This document shows positions 57,281-64,000 of a DNA stretch of 64,000 bases, one piece after another (position 1 is the first letter of the stretch; every line of letters starts with the position of its first letter). Origin of the DNA: a virus (lineage: Duplodnaviria > Heunggongvirae > Uroviricota > Caudoviricetes); IMG/VR virus record IMGVR_UViG_2582581315_000004, positions 25,802-89,801 of that record; one strand, given 5' to 3'. Under the pieces are notes generated by a model. The model saw nothing but the letters and a program-made list of their open reading frames with translations. It was not told where the DNA came from and made no database searches. A program made the position numbers and the translations under genes.

Positions 57281-57748
57281 ATGGCCAAGGACAATCCGAA
57301 GCAGGCTCATGGCGATAAAAAGCCGCCGTTGGCCTATGTCCCTATGGTCGCGGAACTGGCGATGCTCGAGGCGCTCTATGATGGGGCCCTGAAATATGAT
57401 CCGCACAACTGGCGAGACAATCCTATCAAGGCGATGACCTATGTTCACGCCGCGGAACGTCACCTGAAGCTCTTCTCTGTCGGCGAGGAGATGACGAGGG
57501 ATACGCTCGTTAAGAACCTCGGCGCCGTGATGGCATGCTGCGCGATCCTGCTGGATGCCCAAGCGCACGGCGCACTCATCGATGATCGTCGACATAGTCA
57601 AGTCGACGCCGATGCGCTTCACGAAGCTGAAAAGTGGGTTGCCCGCTTGCAAGAGATGCAGCGAGCTCGAGAGCAGACCGCAGCAGTTCAAATCGCGCGA
57701 AGTGCCCTCGAAGCCTTTCCGGCAACGCTTCCCGACAGGCAGGAATGA
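57281..57748 (+). CDS. dATP/dGTP diphosphohydrolase-like (MazG/DUF5664-like) protein
   Basis: PLAYVPMVAELAMLEALYDGALKYDPHNWRD. Confidence 0.45.
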   Translation: MAKDNPKQAHGDKKPPLAYVPMVAELAMLEALYDGALKYDPHNWRDNPIKAMTYVHAAERHLKLFSVGEEMTRDTLVKNLGAVMACCAILLDAQAHGALIDDRRHSQVDADALHEAEKWVARLQEMQRAREQTAAVQIARSALEAFPATLPDRQE

Positions 57749-57751
57749 TCA

Positions 57752-58378
57752 ATGCGCATTGGCAGCCAAAGGAACTTGATGACGGTTCGGCGCCGCGTCC
57801 AGATCGGAACTAACGCGGCCAACGAACCGAATTTCGTCTGGCAGGACTGGCGTCCTGACGTGTTCTGCCAAGTCGGCGTCAAACGCGGCAAGGAGCAATT
57901 CGATCCGATTGGCAAAAAGCGCTATTCGGAAGACGTATGGCAGTTCCGGACCCGTTACGACGAAGTGAAGGGGATCGATGCGGCGATGAAGATCGCCCAC
58001 GAGGGCAACATCTACGACATCAAAGCGATCCTTCCCGATGGCCAGAAGCAATGGGATTGCGTGATCGAAGCCACTGTCCTGGATGGTGCTTTGGGCGGCA
58101 AGCCACTCACAGCGGCAATTTCCGTTCTCATAGCCGGCGGGATCGTCGGGCAGTCGTATGATCCGCTCTCGATTGAGGTGACCGGTGGGACGGCGCCGTA
58201 CGTCTTCACAACTGAGAGCTCGATGATGGTGCCCGGTCTGTCGATCGACATGAACACGGGGATCATCTCGGGCACACCGACTTTCGCCGGCACATTCCCG
58301 ATTTCGATCCAGGTGAGTGATGCGGAGGGCGACTCCGAGACGCTGCCGACGTTCAACATTGAGGTGGAGGATCCATAA
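57752..58378 (+). CDS. head-tail adaptor/head-closure protein (SPP1 gp16-like) with C-terminal Ig-like domain
   Basis: VWQDWRPDVFCQV...RYSEDVWQFRTRYDE. Confidence 0.55.
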   Translation: MRIGSQRNLMTVRRRVQIGTNAANEPNFVWQDWRPDVFCQVGVKRGKEQFDPIGKKRYSEDVWQFRTRYDEVKGIDAAMKIAHEGNIYDIKAILPDGQKQWDCVIEATVLDGALGGKPLTAAISVLIAGGIVGQSYDPLSIEVTGGTAPYVFTTESSMMVPGLSIDMNTGIISGTPTFAGTFPISIQVSDAEGDSETLPTFNIEVEDP

Positions 58379-58779
58379 TGTCTTCCATCATCATCGTGAA
58401 CTATCTGCTTGCCCGCGACAATGCGGTGAAGGCGCTGGTCGCCAACAAGATATTTCCGATCCAGGCACCGCAGGGCACCGCTCCCTCCTACATCACTACC
58501 AACACGGTGGGCTCTAAGGATCACGGGCTCGTGGATGCCCCAGGCAAGTACTATCGCACTCGTGTCATGATCGAAGCGATAGCGGATAGCGCCTTGACCT
58601 GCATCAACATCGGCAACGCAGTTATGGACTGTCTCGACGGGGTCACCAAGGTTGCCTTCACTGACTATGTCGACGTCGACATCCGGTTCGCCGACGTTGA
58701 AATGAGCGACCAGAATGACACTCAGACCGCCTTCCGCGATGTGAAGCAGTTCTTCGTCTGGTGGCGAAAGAAGGGGTGA
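58378..58779 (+). CDS. DUF3168-like tail-completion protein
   Basis: Size and position in the tail gene order fit. Confidence 0.45.
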   Translation: MSSIIIVNYLLARDNAVKALVANKIFPIQAPQGTAPSYITTNTVGSKDHGLVDAPGKYYRTRVMIEAIADSALTCINIGNAVMDCLDGVTKVAFTDYVDVDIRFADVEMSDQNDTQTAFRDVKQFFVWWRKKG

Positions 58780-58782
58780 CCG

Positions 58783-59289
58783 ATGGCACCTTACCGAAAG
58801 TCTGGCATCACCGGCGACAAGGAATTGATCGCCAATCTGCGTGAGTTGGCGAAGGGGCCGACCCAGGCAGAGGTCGATCAGGCAGCGACCAAATCTCTGG
58901 AGCCGATGCTTTCCAAAACGAAGCAGCGTTTGCAAGTGAACCGAAACTTCTTCGGCAAGTTCCCGGGGTTTCCGCAGCCGAAGTCGCCGCGGAAGGGCGG
59001 TCATGTGGATGAGGGGATCGTTGTTCGCAAGAGCAGCGGATCTTCAAAGACCAAATCCACGTACAAACTCGGGGCCACCAAACGAGCACGCTATCTGCTG
59101 CATTTGCTGGAATTCGGAACGGCTCCCCACCATCAGCCCAACTTCCGTGGCGGGTTTGATCATCCTGGCGCCCGCGCTCATCCATCGTTGATCCCATCGT
59201 TCGATGAAGAGGCCGGCAACGTCCCCAACACCTTCGGGAGAATCATATGGAACGCGATTTCCAGCAAAATATCGAGACTGAAAAAGTAG
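58783..59289 (+). CDS. HK97 gp10-family tail protein
   Basis: LLHLLEFGTAPHHQP. Confidence 0.55.
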   Translation: MAPYRKSGITGDKELIANLRELAKGPTQAEVDQAATKSLEPMLSKTKQRLQVNRNFFGKFPGFPQPKSPRKGGHVDEGIVVRKSSGSSKTKSTYKLGATKRARYLLHLLEFGTAPHHQPNFRGGFDHPGARAHPSLIPSFDEEAGNVPNTFGRIIWNAISSKISRLKK

Positions 59290-59477
59290 CCGAGCCGCTT
59301 GTGGCGGAATCGACTAATGCGGCCCAGGAAATGATGGAGAGCCGCAAGCCGAAAGCCACGGTAGCGGCGCCAAGCCGTGACCAGGGCGACTGGAAATACA
59401 AGCCGTGGGCAGGCCGTGATCACTGGGTCCACGCGCTCACTGGCGACACCACTTTCGACCTCAGCAAGGTCAAATAG
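59247..59477 (+). CDS. hypothetical protein
   Basis: 76-aa ORF. Confidence 0.35.
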   Translation: MERDFQQNIETEKVAEPLVAESTNAAQEMMESRKPKATVAAPSRDQGDWKYKPWAGRDHWVHALTGDTTFDLSKVK

Positions 59478-59586
59478 CTCACTGTCACTGACAGAACCCT
59501 AACGCGGCCTCTGGCCCGTTCAGGCTGCCGGAAACGGCGGCCTTTTTCGTGCGCCTTTTTGGCAACCCCCAACATTGGAGAATATC

Positions 59587-60042
59587 ATGAGCCAGAAGTC
59601 TACTGGTAAGGCCGGCATTGGCGTTACCCTTCAGGTCGGTGACGGCGCTTCCCCCGAGGTCTTCACCACAGTCGCCAACGTTACGACGATGAGCGTCGGT
59701 GGCGTCACCCTCAATACGATCGATGCCACGCATCTGAATTCCCCGGATTTCTACCAGGAATTCATTGCTGGTCTGAAGACCGCTGATGAGTGGACGTACA
59801 CCATGCAATGGGATCCGACCGATCCGACGCAGAGCGGCACCACTGGTCTTCGACAGAAGCTCGAAGCCCGAACCTTGGGTACCTTCCGCGTCAACACTCA
59901 GGCTATCGGCCTGCCGATCAGCCTCGAAGCCGATGGGTTCGTCTCTCATCTCGGCAACATCGACATCTCGCCGGAAGCGATCATGACGCAGCAATGCACC
60001 ATCCGCCCGTCGGGCGCCCCGCGCGAAGTCGACAACGCTTAA
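59587..60042 (+). CDS. major tail (tube) protein
   Basis: RBS GGAGAA precedes the ATG. Its position before the tail assembly chaperone and the Thr/Gly-rich composition fit a tail tube protein. Confidence 0.55.
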   Translation: MSQKSTGKAGIGVTLQVGDGASPEVFTTVANVTTMSVGGVTLNTIDATHLNSPDFYQEFIAGLKTADEWTYTMQWDPTDPTQSGTTGLRQKLEARTLGTFRVNTQAIGLPISLEADGFVSHLGNIDISPEAIMTQQCTIRPSGAPREVDNA

Positions 60043-60050
60043 GGTGATCG

Positions 60051-60488
60051 ATGAACAAGCCAGCGAATAAGACTCGCGGCGAGGTGGATCTCTCTGAGGC
60101 GGGTGATGGTGCCATCATCCGCTTCAATGTCGATGCCCTCGAGCGCCTGCAGTCCGAATACGGCGAGGACTATATCGACGTCGTCATCAAGCAGCTTTCC
60201 AAGGTCAATCCAAAGACTTACAAGGCCTGCATCGCGGCCGCCGGCGAACATATCCCCGAAACGGCAACCGTTCCCTTCGGTCTGACATGGGAAGAACTGA
60301 ACGTTCGCATCCTCGATGCGCTCTTCATGGCAATCCATGGGCGCAATTACGCCGAGCAGCAGGCCTATGACAAGGCAAGGTCTGACCAAGAATTGGACGA
60401 GCTCCAAGCAAGGCTCGAAAAGGACCCTCGGCTAGCGGCCTACCTCTCCTCGAAGCTGCACACGACGCAGGATACAGAGTCGGTCTGA
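60051..60488 (+). CDS. tail assembly chaperone (G-like)
   Basis: Lies directly before the tape measure gene. A downstream open frame in the -1 register overlaps its 3' end. Confidence 0.55.
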   Translation: MNKPANKTRGEVDLSEAGDGAIIRFNVDALERLQSEYGEDYIDVVIKQLSKVNPKTYKACIAAAGEHIPETATVPFGLTWEELNVRILDALFMAIHGRNYAEQQAYDKARSDQELDELQARLEKDPRLAAYLSSKLHTTQDTESV

Positions 60489-60772
60489 AGCCCGACGAGG
60501 TACGTCGCTACACGCCATTCGAAATCTTCAGATACGCAAAACTGGCAGGCGAGCACTCTTATGAGCGCCTGGTCAATTCAGCTTGGCTCACGGCGTTGCT
60601 TACGTCGACCGGCACCAATGCTCCGAAAAACTTCCCCAAGAGCCCGGACGATCTTCTGAAGAAGAAGAACGCGGTCGATGCGCCCATGAACGCCAATCAA
60701 TGGCTGGGGCTCATCAAGCATCTCACCGGCGGCAACAAAGCCAAGAAACCAAAAAAACAAGACAAGGTTTAG
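60386..60772 (+). CDS. -1 frame extension (GT-like) of the tail assembly chaperone
   Basis: The -1 frame stays open from 60386 to the TAG at 60772, just before the tape measure ATG. A possible slip region is CTCGAAAAGG at about 60414. Confidence 0.4.
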   Translation, partial: PRIGRAPSKARKGPSASGLPLLEAAHDAGYRVGLKPDEVRRYTPFEIFRYAKLAGEHSYERLVNSAWLTALLTSTGTNAPKNFPKSPDDLLKKKNAVDAPMNANQWLGLIKHLTGGNKAKKPKKQDKV

Positions 60773-60773
60773 G

Positions 60774-63700
60774 ATGGGCGCTTCAGAAGTAGGCAACATC
60801 CATATCGGCTTGTATGTCGATATCGGAGACAGCCGCCGTTTCACCGATGTTGCCAATCTTGTAGAGCGCGACTCGCGAAGGATGAATTCGTCTCTGGCGA
60901 ATACGTCCAACGCAGTTCGCGGTCTGCGCACTCAGATGGGTGCGAACCTCCGGATTAAGCTCGCCAACGAGTCGCTGAAGGATCTTTCTCGAGCGACCGA
61001 CGAAGTGGCCCGGTTGCGGGCCGCTATGCTTGGCGTGTCCGCGATCGCCGGCGCCGGCTTCACTGGCGCGTTCACCGGCGCATATCTCGTGCAGACGGCC
61101 GACAAATACCGGCTGTTGACCAACCAGATCACGACTGTCACAGACTCCAGCGCTTCGCTGGCCACGGTGCAGGACGAACTCTTTTCCGTCTCTCAGCGCA
61201 CCAGGTCATCGCTCGAGTCCACAACGCAGATCTATGCGAGAACGGCCCGTGCGACTGATCAGTATGGCTATTCGCAGCAGAAGCTGTTGCGGATCACTGA
61301 GACCATTCAGAAGTCGTTTGCGATCGGCGGAGCCACCCCGCAGGAAGCAACGGGTGCCGCGCTCCAGTTGTCACAGGGTATCGCATCGAACAGGTTCGGC
61401 GGCGACGAATATCGCTCGGTCGCTGAGAACGCTCCTGTCCTGCTGAAAGGCATTGCCAAGGCGATGAATGTCGACCTCGGCACGCTGCGGAAGATGTCAA
61501 CCGAAGGGCAGTTGACCGCTCAGACGGTAACCGAGGCCATCGTCAAGGCGAGCACCACGATCGACGCGGAATTCGCCAAAACGATTCCGACGGTCGCGCA
61601 GTCGTTCACGTTGCTGGACAACGCGTTTCTTCGGTATGTCGGCCAGACCGACGATGCATACGGAGGCACAAAAGCGCTCGCCGGCGCGATCAAGGGGCTT
61701 GCCGACAACTTTGATCAGATCATGCCCTACATCGCCAACGTCACCGGTGGTCTGGTAGCTCTGTATGCCGCCAGGAAGCTCGTCGTTGGTGGCCAAGGTG
61801 TCGTTGCCGGTGTTAGCAAGACGAACTCCGACATCAGAGATCAGATCGGCAACCACGTCGATGAATCGAAGGCCATTTCCAAGCGCCTGTCTGAGATCGA
61901 TGCCGAGAAGGCAAACGTTACGTCGACGCGTGACTCCGCCATCGATTCAATCGCCGTCAAGCAATCCAACGCCATCAACGCGGCGAAGGAAAAGGAATAT
62001 CTCGCCCAGCAGAAGCTTCGTGATCTGGAGACGCAACGCAACGGGCTGGCCGACAAGCTCAATCTCGCATCGAATGAAGAGCTTGGCCGGCTTCAGCGCC
62101 AGATCGAATTGCAGCGTCAGATTGTCCGCGATAACCAGGCACTGGTAATCCAAGCTCAGCAGGCCGCTGCGGCCGAGGAGCAGGCCCTCCGCGCTAAGCA
62201 GGCCCAGAAGCTATCTCGTGCCGATCAGGTTGTTGGCGCCGCCGTGGGCGGTGTCGCCAGCTCCAGTGCGCGCGTTGCCGAAACACAGGCCGCTATCGCC
62301 GCCGAGCGCGAATTGGCAAAGGTCAAGCTCAACGGCGAGATCGACAGCCGCCGGCAGTCGCTGGTGACGCAGACCCAGCGCTTGAAGGGTGTTCAGAGCG
62401 AAATTGCCGAACTTCGCTCGATACAGGATCTGAGCGGCTTCGATCAGGCCTACGGTAAGCAATATAAGGGCTTGCTCGGCCAGCAGCAGAAGGCGATGCA
62501 GAGCACGCAGGCACTCTACAAAGAAATCGACAGCCTCGAAAACAAGTTGGGCAGCATCGACGCGGGCGAAGCTGCAACGCGAGGCATCACTGCCGCGATG
62601 TCCAAGCACGCCCAGGCAGTCCAGGCGGCGGAGAAGGCGGTGAACGCGCTGTCTCTCGCCGAGGCGAACCGAACCAAGATTGCATCTACCGACCTGTCCA
62701 GCTCCACGCTGGATAGGCGACTGGCTGCCGAGGCGAAGTCTATTCAGGCGTACCAGGACTCGATCACCGAGTTGCAAACGCGGATGCGCACGCTGTCGGA
62801 CGCGACGAATGAGGCATTCACTGGAAAGGCCGCATCCAAGCTCTCCGGCCAGATCTCCGATCTCGACGGCAAGATCGTTTCTGCCCAGAACAATCTGAAA
62901 ACGGCGAGCGCCGCGATCGCAGAGGCTCAGGGTGGCAACATCGGCCAGCTCAACTCGGCACTCAAGGCGCAATCCGTGGCGGCCGAAGAGCTCAATAAGC
63001 TCGGACAGGAAGCGCAGGTTCTTCTTGAACGCCAAGTGCTGACAACGAACCGGATCGCAGCCGCGCAACAGCGTCTTAATGTTCTGCGCCGTGCCGGCGG
63101 TGCCGTTCTCGACTTCTTTGGCGGTTGGACTGGGCTGTTGCTTACAGGTGCGCTGGTGGGCGCCACTGCTTTGATGGCGAAGTTTGGCGCTGAGTCCGCG
63201 GCATCCGCACAGCAGACGGAAAAGATCACCAAGCAGCTGACCGATCTTGGCTACCTCACGGGCAAAGCCGCGGACGATATGAAGGCGTTCAAAGATGACG
63301 TCGCGAATGTCCGCATCTCTAAGCTCCAGATCGAACTGACGAACTTCCAGCAGGACATTAAGAAGACGCTCGACAGCCTCGGTAACATTGATCTCGGCAG
63401 CGTCGGCCCAAGCACCCAGGACATTCAGTCGGAATATGATGTCGGACTGTCTACTTCCACGAAGGTGCTCGACGCCAACGACAAGGTCAAGGCCAGCTTC
63501 AAGCAGGTCCGGGACGAGATCGTCAAAAACAAGGGGATGAGCGAGGCAGCTCGCAAGTCTCTGGAAAACATGGCTTTGGCGAACCCAGACATCGCTTCGA
63601 TCGCGATGTCGATCGTCAATCTGGGCGATCGTCTCAACGGGCTCAAGAAGGCAACGGATGACTGGGTCAAGGGGATCCAGGACGCAGCCCGTGCTGCAAA

Positions 63701-64000
63701 CACGAACCCAGCTCAGCAGTTTCGCGCGTCTGAAAATCAGTCGATGAGTGATCTGACGAGTCTTCGCGCCGGAAGCCAGCCGATACTTGACAAGAAAGTC
63801 ACGGAAGCAAATCGGACGGAATATGAAGCTGCCGTCAAGTCGATCATGGACGGCATAGCGAAAGAGCTTGAGAAGGCAGGAAAGCTTGTCGACCTGGGTC
63901 CTATTCGCGCGGCCGCTGAGAAAATCTACACCAGCCAGCAGGCCAAGCGAGGCCTTCTGGACCTGATCGGGACGACTGAAGGCACAGATAAGGGGCGCGG
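60774..64000 (+). CDS. tape measure protein (continues beyond the window)
   Basis: Reading frame open for more than 1,070 codons to the window edge. Composition is Ala/Gln-rich coiled-coil, typical of tape measure proteins. Confidence 0.7.
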   Translation, partial: MGASEVGNIHIGLYVDIGDSRRFTDVANLVERDSRRMNSSLANTSNAVRGLRTQMGANLRIKLANESLKDLSRATDEVARLRAAMLGVSAIAGAGFTGAFTGAYLVQTADKYRLLTNQITTVTDSSASLATVQDELFSVSQRTRSSLESTTQIYARTARATDQYGYSQQKLLRITETIQKSFAIGGATPQEATGAALQLSQGIASNRFGGDEYRSVAENAPVLLKGIAKAMNVDLGTLRKMSTEGQLTAQTVTEAIVKASTTIDAEFAKTIPTVAQSFTLLDNAFLRYVGQTDDAYGGTKALAGAIKGLADNFDQIMPYIANVTGGLVALYAARKLVVGGQGVVAGVSKTNSDIRDQIGNHVDESKAISKRLSEIDAEKANVTSTRDSAIDSIAVKQSNAINAAKEKEYLAQQKLRDLETQRNGLADKLNLASNEELGRLQRQIELQRQIVRDNQALVIQAQQAAAAEEQALRAKQAQKLSRADQVVGAAVGGVASSSARVAETQAAIAAERELAKVKLNGEIDSRRQSLVTQTQRLKGVQSEIAELRSIQDLSGFDQAYGKQYKGLLGQQQKAMQSTQALYKEIDSLENKLGSIDAGEAATRGITAAMSKHAQAVQAAEKAVNALSLAEANRTKIASTDLSSSTLDRRLAAEAKSIQAYQDSITELQTRMRTLSDATNEAFTGKAASKLSGQISDLDGKIVSAQNNLKTASAAIAEAQGGNIGQLNSALKAQSVAAEELNKLGQEAQVLLERQVLTTNRIAAAQQRLNVLRRAGGAVLDFFGGWTGLLLTGALVGATALMAKFGAESAASAQQTEKITKQLTDLGYLTGKAADDMKAFKDDVANVRISKLQIELTNFQQDIKKTLDSLGNIDLGSVGPSTQDIQSEYDVGLSTSTKVLDANDKVKASFKQVRDEIVKNKGMSEAARKSLENMALANPDIASIAMSIVNLGDRLNGLKKATDDWVKGIQDAARAANTNPAQQFRASENQSMSDLTSLRAGSQPILDKKVTEANRTEYEAAVKSIMDGIAKELEKAGKLVDLGPIRAAAEKIYTSQQAKRGLLDLIGTTEGTDKGR

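Noticed and set aside
1-64000. CRISPR arrays or long tandem repeats
   Set aside because: No regularly spaced direct repeats were seen. The only periodic element is the hairpin-RBS cassette, which is tied to individual genes.

Overview
The window reads as one large phage or prophage genome with high GC content. Its gene content points to an alphaproteobacterial (Rhizobiales-like) host: a GcrA-like regulator, an HU-like protein, a GTA-like tail module and an initiator-type tRNA. No integrase, attachment sites or CRISPR array are visible.

The window divides into five parts:

- **1-13.1 kb (+ strand), DNA modification and replication.** Three DNA methyltransferases (MT-A70, partial; a C5-cytosine enzyme; a phage Dam-family N6-adenine enzyme), a RuvC-like resolvase, a GcrA-like regulator, a Rha-like antirepressor, an SNF2 helicase, a Toprim primase and a DnaB helicase.
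- **13.1-27.2 kb (- strand), about 27 mostly small early genes.** These include an XRE repressor, a DnaN sliding clamp, a MoxR AAA ATPase with a vWA/DUF2201 partner, a DUF3150 protein, a SufBD-like fragment and an HsdM-like protein with a degenerate catalytic motif. Fifteen of these genes (about 27 in the block) are preceded by the same cassette: a palindromic 14-mer hairpin followed by GGAGATCGAA and the start codon. Three further gene junctions reuse a near-identical stop/start overlap module.
- **27.7-41.8 kb (+ strand).** An HNH endonuclease, a BrnA-like antitoxin, an initiator-like tRNA-Met, a sigma-70-family factor, two micro-peptides with an SPFH protein, nucleotide-metabolism genes (MazG-like, dCMP deaminase), and an RtcB ligase followed by a Pol-beta nucleotidyltransferase and a SpoT-like HD hydrolase, which together look like a tRNA-repair and anti-defence module.
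- **41.8-43.8 kb.** A two-gene cargo on the opposite strand, a tRNA-Gly(UCC) and a 490-nt structured non-coding region.
- **43.8-64 kb (+ strand), HK97-like morphogenesis.** TerS(P27), TerL, portal, prohead protease, major capsid, connectors, major tail, a G/GT-like tail chaperone with a probable -1 frameshift, and a tape measure gene cut off by the window end. A metallophosphatase and an NTP pyrophosphohydrolase are inserted among the head-tail joining genes.
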